Part shown: positions 1 through 10,760 of the stretch, piece after piece | Numbering within the stretch: the first letter of the stretch is position 1 | Layout: every line of letters starts with the position of its first letter | NCBI GenBank assembly: GCA_051294375.1 | Contig: JBJCIZ010000035.1 | Span: 75,282 to 139,281, forward strand | Length of the DNA stretch: 64,000 bases | Direction: 5' to 3' | From: Paraspadella gotoi | Lineage: Eukaryota > Animalia > Chaetognatha | Made by a program: the position numbers and the translations under genes | Notes under the pieces: model-generated | Told to the model about the DNA's origin: nothing | Database searches by the model: none | The model's input: the letters and a program-made list of their open reading frames with translations, nothing else

Positions 1-2202
1 GGCATCTGAAGTTGGGTCCACTTTGATAACAACCCTCAATGGTGCCCTAGACTGCCACAGATTCCACAGACGAACCAGCCTCATGCTCTGCTTTTGACAT
101 TTAGTTTCTGTTCCCCAGGTTCAAAACTGTTTCAAAACAAGACTGAGAAAAAAAAATAAACACTTTGCAGCATTCCTCCTTGTTTACTGACTGCTTTCCC
201 CATCCACAGCCATTTGTTAATTTAAAAAAAATTGTACAAAATTTGGATAAAACTTTAAAGATCGGTAAAGCTATCATTTAAACTAGAAATGAAAATAGAT
301 TTCGGAAAAGCGTATTGATTTTAAATTCTTTGCTCGACTTTCAGTTCTGTAAAATCTACAGAAAAAAAATAAAAATAAAAAATAAATAAACAAAAAGAGT
401 TGGAGCTAAAACCGTTTGAAATAAAAATAAACTAAAATTATTTTTTATAAGTATGGAAAGGTGGGAGAAATTCTATGAGAGGGATTTTGGAAAATGTTAC
501 TAGTTTTCAAGATATTTAGAATTTAATGCCAAAATTTTCTTATTCTTTTTTTTTCTTATGAAGATAAGTGAAAATCCCTTTAGCCGTTTGGGCCGCAACT
601 CTTCCAAAAGGTTTCTTTTATTTTATATAGTATTATAAAATTCGAAAAAACAGCAATGGATTCGAAGAGAAGATAAAGTGAATACATTTTCAGAATCAAC
701 TGGACCTCTACTTTTCGAATATAAGCTTTATTTAATCCTAATTATAACTTTTGGCCAGTGATCCCAGACCTTAAGCGTCCGAGATAAAAATTAGCGAATA
801 AAAAAGTTATTTTACTCACTGAATAAAAATACTTAAAATACTTAAAAAATACATAAAATTGATAAAATTATTATTGCGATAACATAGTTCAATCACATGC
901 AATATATCTAGTGCCTTTTTTTCATTGAAATCGATAGATATTAACTACAAATATAGAATTAATTTTTCTCGTTGATATAATAAGAGAACCGAACTTCCGT
1001 CACTTGATGTCCTCAGGTTACTAGTAAATATGCGTTTGAGGATTCCAAATGTTTTTAAAATTGACCTACGTAGACGCGCATAGACGCAATATGCCTTGAA
1101 AGCAAGTTGTTCCGTTACATCTAAGAATGGAATTGTTATTAGCTTATAAAAAAATCCGAAAGAACAAAGCGGTTTCTGATAATTTTGGTTCCTAGCAATT
1201 TTTGCACCAGTTGCGCAGTAAATGTTACAAAACCATGGATGATTTCTGAAACTGCAGTGTTTGGGCTATCCAACGCCGCCGGAACAAAAAAAATCCATAA
1301 GGGTTTTGATTAAAAAATACTGAAAATAAACCCGGCGGTTAGTCTGAATTCTTTTTAATTTTTTTTTTATTTTGCAGTATTTGCTGTACAAATCAAATAA
1401 ATATACAGCGGTCATGCACTGATTCCGATTCTGTTGGGTTTAGCCTATCTTTCAAGCACATAACAATAAAAATAAATTGACGTCATAGTAAGAAATAATA
1501 GCAATTAATCCAAATTTTTTTCTCACAATTTGTTGTCATTTTTGTTTCTTACCGTTTTTGCCAAACATGCCCTTAAAAATTATAAAAATTGATCTGGCAA
1601 GCGCCTGTTACCTCTCTAAACCTTGAAATATAATAATGAGAATTTTCTTCATGATTTCAAGACATTATACTAAATAGAGATGTGCATCGTTCGAATCGAA
1701 GCTCCGATCAAGATTCCTTTATATTTCACTTCTATTCAAAACTGCATAGTCAAGGCCAAAACAAATTATGTCAATATGGGCAGATTTTGAAAGCTTGGCG
1801 TCTTGGGAAGCCAATGGAGGTAGAGCGCGATCAAAATTCCCATTTTATTATGCCCAAAATGGTATTTAAATGGACTGGTCAGGCCGTTTTTTCCCTATTC
1901 CAAGAAAACCTCCTGGCTCTTGAGTAAAAAAGACCAAATCATACATATCAGTACAGTTTCCGAAACCTTATTGTCTTCTCTACATGATGAAAAAAAGCAA
2001 ATTCTTGCAATCTTAATTGCTTGATAGCGCAATCAAATGAACTGGTTTTTTAGGTGAAAACTGCATAGTAAGGCGTAGTGAAAGTTACATACGAAAATTC
2101 TAAAAGTCAATTATGAACAACATACCATCAGTGAACATTAATTTATAAAAAAAATTAATTTTATGTTTTTAATTTTTGCAGTAGGCTATAATTATATATA
2201 TA

Positions 2203-2366
2203 TGTAAGCATTAGCTAAAATAAAAGGAGACAGGATTTGATCTCGTGACTTAGAGGTCGCAGTCTCAATCGCTACCATTACGCCATCGGGCGTAATTACA
2301 AATTGATATCATAAAGTTCAACATATTTAGTCAATTGATAACTATTATTAATGTATTGTTCTTTTG

Positions 2367-2402
<36 letters not shown>

Positions 2403-2575
2403 AAAAGGTTATTTGGTAATTCTATAAACGATCTGTTTTCACTCTGCTTTCTCTCTGAATAAAGCTAAACACCAAAACGTCGACCTTTTTATTCTAACGA
2501 TAATAATCGTTTACAAGTGTGATACAAATTACAGAGAATGTAATGTTAAAATATCCGCTCGGTCAGACATCCACA
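2203..2575 (+). repeat. 5' LTR
   Basis: TGTAAGCA...CATCCACA; (CT)n tract, TATAAA near 2422, AATAAA near 2458; differs from the 3' LTR by only a few small indels/substitutions. Confidence 0.96.
2222..2292 (-). ncRNA. tRNA-like Pol III cassette in U3 of the LTR (second copy ~7774-7845)
   Basis: Minus strand GCCCGA-TGGCGTAATGG(A box)-TAGCG...GAGATCAAATCC(B-box-like)-TGTCTCC-TTTT with tRNA-like spacing; acceptor stem does not pair. Confidence 0.6.
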
Positions 2576-2577
2576 AA

Positions 2578-2592
2578 TGGTGAACCCAACAT
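2578..2592 (+). promoter_or_regulatory. Primer binding site, tRNA-Trp-like
   Basis: TGGTGAACCCAAC begins 2 nt after the LTR and resembles the complement of a tRNA-Trp 3' end (TGGTGA(A/C)CCCGAC), the primer of CsRn1-clade elements. Confidence 0.75.
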
Positions 2593-2789
2593 TCGAAATA
2601 TTTCTAACCTTCTGATCTTCAAGAGGGGTGGCGTGACCCCAGACAAGCCTCCTACAGGTCGTCGAAGCCTTCAACGGAAAAACACCTTTTCTCAGGTGGG
2701 CAGGAGCGAGTAAATTGAGAGTTAAGCCTCTCCTGTCGATTAACCATCGATTTCCCCTTCTCTCCCCAAACTTCCTCGGTCAACACCGG

Positions 2790-3929
2790 ATGGTCGACAC
2801 ACGGCAAACAGCTCGCCAAAGAACTGGCGACGACGACCCGACTGCCTTTTCAGCGCCACCCTCACAGCATCGTCTGGACATCCCTATAGGACGCGGAGGA
2901 CGCGGAGGACGTGGATCACGATCGCCCTCGCCAGGAGCAATCTTTGCTTTTCCTTCGCGCCCGGAGCAATTCGCCAACGTGGTTGGCGAGATGGCATCGA
3001 ATTTCCATTCATCGGCGGATTCGTCAGAAGTCAACGAATTGCGCGCCGCACTACAGCAATCGCAGGCGGCAACAGCGGCGGCGACGGCGGCATTAGAGCG
3101 GGCTCTTCGACCCAAGAAACCAGAGCTCCCGCCGTTCGACAAAACAAACGTAGAGATTTGGATTCGTCGTGTAGAGGCAGCATATACACGTGCCAACATT
3201 GTCACCGCGAAAGATAAATTCGCTTTTCTGGAAAATAAATTCACAGTCGACACCGACGAACGAGTAAATAATTTTCTCTTTGGCGAAGCAACGGAGGAAG
3301 CTTGGGCGACATTTCTCTCCTATTTGCGTCGTGAATACGGTCTCTCCCGCCAAAAGCAAGCGTCCACGTTATTAGATGGCGTTGAGCGTGACGGAATGAA
3401 ACCATCTAGACTCTTAGCCAGGATTGAGCAAAGATCAAAGGATGTATCGGTAGATGACATCAGGAAAGAGATGGTGAAAAGAAAACTCCCTACAGAAATT
3501 CAACGCGCCCTCGCCGATCGCATCGATGATGCATCCGCAGCAGAATACGCTGCCGCAGCGGACAAATTCTTTGATAATGAAGGACGCCCTCTCCATCCTT
3601 CGACAGCACCAACAGTCAACGCCGTGAATCCCGAGGAGAATGACATTGACGACGCTTATTCGGACGACGAGTGTGGAATCAATTCAGTACGTCAAAGGAA
3701 GCCTCCCTTTAACAAACGCGGTTACAGCAAGGAGAGCAGCACTACAGAGAATGTCGCGGCCCCGCCACAAGGCGCTTCTCTTGCTTCACGGCCAAACCAA
3801 TTAAAAACCCTTTGCTCTTTCCACGCGCGATTTGGGAAGAAGGCAAAAAATTGCAGACCAGGATGCGATTATTTCAGCAACTTTAAGAGTAAGCCAGCGG
3901 AAAACGCAAACGGGGGCCGGCGATGGTGA
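2790..3929 (+). CDS. gag: Gag (likely start at ATG 2790)
   Basis: LPPFDKTNVEIWIRRVE capsid N-terminal motif and C-x2-H-x9-C-x3-C knuckle (LCSFHARFGKKAKNCRPGC) typical of CsRn1/Kabuki Gag. Confidence 0.92.
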   Translation: MVDTRQTARQRTGDDDPTAFSAPPSQHRLDIPIGRGGRGGRGSRSPSPGAIFAFPSRPEQFANVVGEMASNFHSSADSSEVNELRAALQQSQAATAAATAALERALRPKKPELPPFDKTNVEIWIRRVEAAYTRANIVTAKDKFAFLENKFTVDTDERVNNFLFGEATEEAWATFLSYLRREYGLSRQKQASTLLDGVERDGMKPSRLLARIEQRSKDVSVDDIRKEMVKRKLPTEIQRALADRIDDASAAEYAAAADKFFDNEGRPLHPSTAPTVNAVNPEENDIDDAYSDDECGINSVRQRKPPFNKRGYSKESSTTENVAAPPQGASLASRPNQLKTLCSFHARFGKKAKNCRPGCDYFSNFKSKPAENANGGRRW

Positions 3930-3941
3930 ACGCCGTCCCCC
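3899..3941 (+). promoter_or_regulatory. Putative -1 ribosomal frameshift signal
   Basis: GGAAAAC slippery-like site, 6-nt spacer, hairpin GGGGGCCGGCG-ATGGTGAA-CGCCGTCCCCC; pol is in the -1 frame relative to gag. Confidence 0.75.
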
Positions 3942-6900
3942 AAGGGCAAAAAATTAATTCACCGGCCTCTTCAACTCTTCTTTACGTCGTCGACGCTTCC
4001 GACGGCAGATTTTGGCTGGTGGATGGGGGTGCATTGGTTTCCCTTATTCCACCAACCCCTGAACAACGCGAGGCCGGCCCAGAAGCCCATACGCGCCTCC
4101 AAGCAGCCAACGGGACTCCAATCAACTGTTATGGAACCAAGATTGTCAATGTAACTCTTGGGCCAAGAATTTTTCCTTTCGAGGTGGTGGTTGCCGACGT
4201 CAAACAAAGTATTCTCGGCGCCGATTTTCTCGCCGAAAATTACTTGGCACCCAACCATCGTGACGGCGTACTATTGGATCTAAAAGATTATTCCACAATT
4301 GCTGCCGCACCTGCCCCTTTTGCTTTAAGTTCTCACGTTCATTTTGTCGACGAGACGGGAAACAAATTCTATCAGCTCCTTGATAGGTATCCTTCTCTCT
4401 CGGTCCCAACTTTCGAGCCAAAGCCTCCAAAACACGGAATAAAACATTATATTCCAACTACAGGAAGGCCATGCCAGTCTCGCGCGCGCCGCCTTGACCC
4501 TGAGAAACTTGCAGTTGCCAAGGCAGAAATGGACAAACTTGTCGCACTTGGTATTGCACAAAGGGACAAAAGCGAATGGTCATCACCTCTGCATGTGGTA
4601 GCCAAAGCTGATGGTGGATGGCGCTGCTGTGGCGACTTTCGGCGCCTGAATTCCTTAACAACAGATGACAAATATCCTGTCAAACTGTTAGCCGACTTTA
4701 ATGCAAATTTGGCTGGGAAAAAAATCTTTTCAAAGATTGACCTCCTAAAAGGGTACCATCAGATACCAGTGGCTGAGGAAGATATCAAGAAAACAGCCGT
4801 GATCACACCATTTGGCCTCTTCACTTTCCCTCGTTGCCCATTTGGATTGAAAAACGCAGGGCAGGATTTTCAACGCCTCATGGATGAAATCCTGGGAGAC
4901 CTGCCTTATTGTTATGTGTATCTGGACGATATCCTCGTCGCCTCAGATAACCCAGAAGAACATCAACAACACCTGGAGGAAGTCTTCAAGAACCTTTCTG
5001 ACAACGGCCTCGTTGTTAACAGAAAGAAATGTGTCCTTGGTCAGTCATCCTTAGAGTTCTTGGGTTATACTGTCGATTCCACTGGCATCAAACCACTTCA
5101 AAATCGTGTTGAAGTAATTCGTAAGACAGTGAAGCCAAACACTGTGAAGGAGCTGCAGCGTTTTCTTGGCGTAATAAATTATTACCGCCGCTTTATGCCT
5201 CGCGTTGCCCATACATGCACACCCCTTTACGAGGCATTAAAAGGAAAGCCCAAGACACTAAAATGGACTGCAGAATGTACCCGTGCCTTTGAAGAGATAA
5301 AGGAAACTTTAGCAAAGGCCGTCCTTCTTCACCATCCTCGTACGGGTGCCCAATTGGCGCTCACAACGGACGCCTCTGACCATGCAATAGGAGCTGTCTT
5401 GGAACAAAGAGGAGACAAAGGATGGGAGCCACTGGCATTTTTCAGTGCCAAGCTTGAGACGAATCAGCGCAAATGGCCGCCATTCGAACGCGAATTATAT
5501 GGCGCTTTTCGGGCCATTCGCCACTTTCGTCATTGGCTTGAAGGAAGGGCATTCACCCTGTATACAGACCACCAAAGCCTCATCTCAGCCCTTCACAAAA
5601 AGACGGAACCACAAACGGCAAGACAAACTTTCCAGTTGTCGGCAATCGCCGAATTTACAACAGACATTCGTCATTTGGAAGGAAAGGCCAATGTGGTGGC
5701 CGACGCCCTGTCACGCCCCACATCATCACCAACAGTTGCTGCAGCCACTAACGTCCTGCCGAATGCCAATGATGACCTGCAACCGACAAGCTCAGCCCAT
5801 CAGATCAGCGATGAGAAAAGGCAAGAATTGGATGGTTTTGTCTCGGCAATTAGCAACTTTGACATAGATTTGGAATTAATGGCCCAAGAGCAAGCATTGG
5901 ATCCAGACCTCCAACAACTAATCAATGGAAGCAGCACAAGCTTAGCCTTCAAACGCGTCAAAATCGGCAACACAGATTTAATTGTAGACCTATCGAATGG
6001 CCCAGCCCGACCGTTTGTTCCTTTTTCCTGGAGGAGAAAGATTTTCAATACAATCCACAATTTAGGCCACCCAGGAGTGGCGCGCACAAGGCAGGCTGTA
6101 ACAGCCAAATTTGTCTGGCCATCTGTTCGTCAAGATGTCTCAAAATGGGCCCGCGAGTGCCAATCTTGCCAGGCCACAAAAGTGCAACGAAACACCGTGC
6201 CTGATATTGGCGAATTTGTAGTTCCAAACAAAAGGTTTCAGCACTTACACATTGATTTGGTAAAAATGCCATCATCCAATGGTTTCAAGCACCTCCTTAC
6301 CATTGTGGACAGATTTTCTCGCTGGCCTACTGCCATCCCTCTTTCCGACACCCTTGCTGTAACTGTTGTTGATGCTTTTGCATATGGTTGGGTGTCTATG
6401 TTTGGCATACCAGCAACCATAACAACAGACCGAGGATCCCAATTTACTTCAGCTATGTGGGAGCAGATGAGCAAGGTATGGGGCATTAAAAGGCAACCAA
6501 CTACAGCCTATCACCCAGAGGCAAATGGCATGGTGGAGCGATTTCATCGTAGACTAAAAGAATCACTGACGGCGATAGCGAGGGACGAACCTGAAAAATG
6601 GTTTTGGAGACTACCAATGGCGCTGCTGTCAATACGAACAACGATCAAAGCTGATTTAAAGGCATCGCCAGCAGAACTCGTCTTTGGCGAGGGAGTTGCC
6701 GTCCCTGGAGACATTCTCAGCCAACCAGAAAATGACGAGAGAAATCTTGAGGCGGATCGTCGTAACCTTCTCTCCAACCTCCGCCTGGAAATCGATCGAC
6801 TTCAACCCACAAAAACGTCAAGACATCGTCAACCGAATGTTTTCGTTCCGGAAGATCTTGCAACCGCAACACACATTTTTGTCCGTCGCGGCGGTATCAC

Positions 6901-7390
6901 TCCTCCACTCACCGCCGCATATGAAGGACCCTACCGAGTCATCGCGAGAGGAGAAACAAACTTTCAAGTCGAATTTCCCGGAAGAGGAGCCGATAACGTC
7001 GCCATAGCGAGAATTAAACCTGCATTCATCAATAACGACGACGAAAGAGAACAAACAGCAACTGCAACGCCTCCATCAAATCCGCCTCCCGGACGTCGCT
7101 CAAGAAGGGGCGATCGACCCCCTGAATCGACCAGGAGCACTCGCGTAACGAGACGCGAGACTCATCCTTCCGTTTCTCCCCCATTACCCCCACTTCCCCC
7201 TCTTCCCCCAATTACTTCTCCTTCCCTCCTTCCCCTTCCTTCCACTATTAACCCTTCTCCCCTTCACCCTCCGCTTACAACTTCTCCGTCAACGAATTCA
7301 AGAGAAAAAGGGCAAACAGAGGAACCCCGACGGCCTTTCCGACAATTACCAGTTAATTGCCCGTACCAACTACTCCTAGACCGCTGGTAA
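3899..7390 (+). CDS. pol: Pol polyprotein PR-RT-RNase H-IN, probably expressed by -1 frameshift
   Basis: LVDGGA protease, PFGLKNA and YLDD RT, TTDASD RNase H, HHCC zinc finger, DDE core (HIDLV, TDRGSQF, NGMVERFHR), GPY module; frame is open from the slippery site at 3899. Confidence 0.96.
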   Translation, partial: GKRKRGPAMVNAVPQGQKINSPASSTLLYVVDASDGRFWLVDGGALVSLIPPTPEQREAGPEAHTRLQAANGTPINCYGTKIVNVTLGPRIFPFEVVVADVKQSILGADFLAENYLAPNHRDGVLLDLKDYSTIAAAPAPFALSSHVHFVDETGNKFYQLLDRYPSLSVPTFEPKPPKHGIKHYIPTTGRPCQSRARRLDPEKLAVAKAEMDKLVALGIAQRDKSEWSSPLHVVAKADGGWRCCGDFRRLNSLTTDDKYPVKLLADFNANLAGKKIFSKIDLLKGYHQIPVAEEDIKKTAVITPFGLFTFPRCPFGLKNAGQDFQRLMDEILGDLPYCYVYLDDILVASDNPEEHQQHLEEVFKNLSDNGLVVNRKKCVLGQSSLEFLGYTVDSTGIKPLQNRVEVIRKTVKPNTVKELQRFLGVINYYRRFMPRVAHTCTPLYEALKGKPKTLKWTAECTRAFEEIKETLAKAVLLHHPRTGAQLALTTDASDHAIGAVLEQRGDKGWEPLAFFSAKLETNQRKWPPFERELYGAFRAIRHFRHWLEGRAFTLYTDHQSLISALHKKTEPQTARQTFQLSAIAEFTTDIRHLEGKANVVADALSRPTSSPTVAAATNVLPNANDDLQPTSSAHQISDEKRQELDGFVSAISNFDIDLELMAQEQALDPDLQQLINGSSTSLAFKRVKIGNTDLIVDLSNGPARPFVPFSWRRKIFNTIHNLGHPGVARTRQAVTAKFVWPSVRQDVSKWARECQSCQATKVQRNTVPDIGEFVVPNKRFQHLHIDLVKMPSSNGFKHLLTIVDRFSRWPTAIPLSDTLAVTVVDAFAYGWVSMFGIPATITTDRGSQFTSAMWEQMSKVWGIKRQPTTAYHPEANGMVERFHRRLKESLTAIARDEPEKWFWRLPMALLSIRTTIKADLKASPAELVFGEGVAVPGDILSQPENDERNLEADRRNLLSNLRLEIDRLQPTKTSRHRQPNVFVPEDLATATHIFVRRGGITPPLTAAYEGPYRVIARGETNFQVEFPGRGADNVAIARIKPAFINNDDEREQTATATPPSNPPPGRRSRRGDRPPESTRSTRVTRRETHPSVSPPLPPLPPLPPITSPSLLPLPSTINPSPLHPPLTTSPSTNSREKGQTEEPRRPFRQLPVNCPYQLLLDRW

Positions 7391-7754
7391 ACGCCGTCCC
7401 GTCATATGCGGCAGTACTGAAAGAGATTCTACGCCGTCAGAATACTAAAGATAACAACTCTGAGCCAACACCTCCGTGAAAGATTTTGATTTTGTATATT
7501 TTCCTTTTTAAATTTAATTTAGTATATTGAAACCGAAACGTTTAAATTTTAAAACGTTCCAATATTTAAAAATTGTTAATTCTTTTTGTGTATAATTGTT
7601 AGGCGAATTCGTTCGTCAAGATTTGTAGATTAAGCAACATTGTAAAAACGTAATTGTAAACTATAAATGGTGCTCTTTTACTCAAACGTATTTGTATTTA
7701 CAAAATCGTAGACGCCACTTTCCTTATTATTTCCTAAACTGGCATCTGGGGGGA

Positions 7755-7919
7755 TGTAAGCATTAGCTAAAATAAAAGGAGACAGGATTTGATCTCGTGA
7801 CTTTAGAGGTCGCAGTCTCAATCGCTACCATTACGCCATCGGGCGTAATTACAAATTGATATCATAAAGTTCAACATATTTAGTCAATTGATAACTATTA
7901 TTAATGTATTGTTTCTTTG

Positions 7920-7959
<40 letters not shown>

Positions 7960-8131
7960 AAAAGGTTATTTGGTAATTCTATAAACGATCTGTTTTCACT
8001 CTGCTTTCTCTCTGAATAAAGCTAAACACCAAAACGTCGACCTTTTTATTCTAACGATAATAATCGTTTACAAGTGTGATACAAATTACAGAGAATTAAT
8101 GTTAAAATATCCGCTCGGTCAGACATCCACA
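7755..8131 (+). repeat. 3' LTR
   Basis: Direct repeat of 2203-2575, preceded by the polypurine tract. Confidence 0.96.
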
Positions 8132-8778
8132 TATATATCCTTATAAAATCGAAAAATTTCAAAATAGGCTTTTCTTAATTTTGATTGCAGATTTGAATTC
8201 CTCGTCAAAAGTTGATAAAAGAAATATAATTCATTTTTAAAAATTCTTTCATTAAGTGGGTTAAAATTAAAAAAACTATATTTAATATATAAAAAATTAA
8301 TTTTCAGCTTAAAATATAGCTTTTTCTAAATTTTGACCCACTTAATGAAGGAATTTTTCAAAAAGAGTTATATTTCTTTTTATCAACTTTTTATGACGAA
8401 TCCAAATCTGCAAAAAAATCTTTAAAAAAACTGTTTTGAAATTTTAACATTTATTGATTTAGTATTAGTATAAATATGGCCTACTGCGTAAATTGTAAAA
8501 TTTATAATAAATTTTATTATTAACTAAATGTTCATTAATATAATATTGTTCGTTCCTCACTTTTAGAATTTTAATTAAAGTTAAATTTAGAAATTTTACT
8601 ACGCCTTACTGCATAGTCAAGCCTTCATTTTTTTCAATTTTGAACACAATTGATAGAAACTGTATTGATTTTACTATTCAAATCAGGTAGAGCGGCGGGC
8701 TTAATTCAAAAGCGTTTTCTTAATATCATGCAAAATTTAAAAAGTCTAATAAAAACTTATTAGAAACAAAAATCGTCG

Positions 8779-9434
8779 CACAGTGTTGCTTGTGAGTCCC
8801 AAATTCTAGAAAATATTTTTTAAAATTTTTTATATTATTACATAATATATAAAAATATTTATATATATTTATAGCGTTAAAAATAATTTTTTTTTATTCA
8901 ATCCAAAAAGGTAGTACTATATATTAAAAAATATATATATTTATATTTATATTTTACAATAAAATTAGCTAATTTTTTTAAACTGCAACAGTTTTTTTTT
9001 CTATCATAGTATAATTAAAAAATATAAGATTAAAATAAAATTTTAATTTTAATAAAATATAATATTTATATAAAATATAATCAAAAAATTTTTTAATTTT
9101 TTTATTTTGATAATAATAATAATAATAATAATAAAAATAATAATAATAAATAAAATATAAATATTTAATTTTTAATTTTATTTTTTTAATTATAATTATT
9201 ATTTTTATTATTATTATTATTATTTTACTGTTATTATATAATTTGATAATAATATATATTTTATTATAAAATAATTTCATTTTATCTATTTAAAATTATA
9301 CAAAATTACTTTTTAATTATTTTAATATTTAAATACATTTTAAAAAAATTATTTTTATAATTAATATATAATAAAAAAATATTTTTAACTGAACAGGATT
9401 TTTCTGAAAAATTCAGGCCCAGGATCTCACTGTG
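8779..9434. mobile_element. Transib-like non-autonomous element
   Basis: CACAGTG/CACTGTG termini, 5-bp flanks CGTCG and CGCCG (CGNCG), extremely AT-rich interior. Confidence 0.65.
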
Positions 9435-10059
9435 CGCCGGTTCTAAAGCTTAGTACTACGCATAGTATCTTTGTTAAATCAAAACGAGCTCGATTTTAAG
9501 CGAAAGTTGATCGGTTTGAAGCAGAGATGCAGACGCGATCCGGGAGGCGGAGTGGAAACGCGCGGAGGCGCATGTTTTTTGAGGTGGCGAACTTGGACAA
9601 GTCAAAAATTGGGGAGAAGGGAGGCGAATGCGGAGGCACAAAAAACGTTGCGCGTTCGCCTCTTGTGCTTTTGTTTTTATAGGCGAAAATCAAAAGGTTT
9701 TTGCCAAATTAAAACCTTTCTATTGTTCCAAAAATTTTTTCCAAATTTAGATATTGCTAAATTCTGAAGCGTTTATCAGCTGCCATTGGTTTTTTATTAA
9801 CATATTTTTTATTAAAAAAAAAATTGGTTCTGTTTATATTTATTTTATCTAATAAGTTGTACATAAGCATATATTTTATATCTTTTTCTTTTCATGCATT
9901 CATTCACTCAATTTATTCTTTTTTATTTTAAACAAAAGATAATTAATTAATATTTAATTAAATTTGTTAATTTATTCCTATGAATATTTAATTAAATCAT
10001 TTATTCATAATTCTATTCTATTTATTTATTTACTTTATTGATTTTATTAATCAAATAAT

Positions 10060-10760
10060 TTTTTTATCTAGCATCATTTTTTAAACTTGGATCTTTTTTG
10101 ATTTGCATTATTATTTTAACTGGCATCATTTTTTCAACTGGCATAATTTTTATAACATGGATTATTTTTTTATTTATATTATTTTACAACTTGAATCATA
10201 TTTTGAATTTGCATTATTTTTTTAACCTATATAATTTTTGAATGCATTATTTTTAAATTTAATTTAATTTAAATTAATTTTATTATTTTTCCAACTTGCA
10301 TCATGTTTTTATCTTGGATCATTTTTTAACTTGCATCATTTCTTAAACTAGCTTCATTTTTAAACTTGTATATTTTTTTTGATTTGCAATAATTTTTTAA
10401 TTTGCATCATTTTTTAATTCATTTCATTTTTTTATTTGCATTATTTTTGAAACTTGCATCATTTTTTTTAACTTCTATTATTTTTTTGATTATAATATTT
10501 TTTTGATTTACATTATTTTTTTTTATTACATTATTTTTTACTTACATCATTTTTGCACCTTATATCATTTTTTCATTTTAAATCATTTTTAATCTCGCAT
10601 CATTTTTTGAATGCATAATTTTTTAACCTATATCATTTTTCAACTTGCATCATTTTTTTTCAAATCGCAACATTTTTTAAATTGCAGCATTTTTTTAAAC
10701 TTGCCTTATTTTCTTAACTTGTATTATTTTTTAACTTGTATTATTTTTCTTTTTTTGTAA
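10060..10760. repeat. Degenerate ~19-20 bp minisatellite (TTGCATCATTTTTTAAAC-like)
   Basis: Visible tandem units; repeated after the gap at ~12111-12640. Confidence 0.8.

Larger units (their letters stand above)
2203..8131 (+). mobile_element. Intact Ty3/gypsy LTR retrotransposon, CsRn1/Kabuki-like clade
   Basis: Near-identical LTRs 2203-2575 and 7755-8131 (TGT...ACA), TATA target-site duplication in a (TA)n tract, PBS after the 5' LTR, PPT GGGGGGA at 7748-7754, uninterrupted gag and pol ORFs. Confidence 0.97.
2069..8608. mobile_element. hAT-type palindromic MITE (~610 bp) interrupted by the gypsy element
   Basis: TIRs TAAGGCGTAGT/ACTACGCCTTA, perfect 8-bp TSD CTGCATAG (2061-2068, 8609-8616); partial copy at ~51972-52195. 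Confidence 0.88.

Noticed and set aside
1-142. Possible minus-strand exon (acceptor near 143, open frame MRLVRLWNLWQSRAPLRVVIKVDPTSDA)
   Set aside because: Too short, cut by the window edge, no recognisable homology
2222-2292. Functional tRNA gene
   Set aside because: Acceptor stem cannot pair and the anticodon arm is imperfect; kept only as a tRNA-like unit
2780-7211. Many short antisense or alternative-frame ORFs over gag and pol
   Set aside because: Shadow ORFs of a GC-richer coding region with no recognisable motifs
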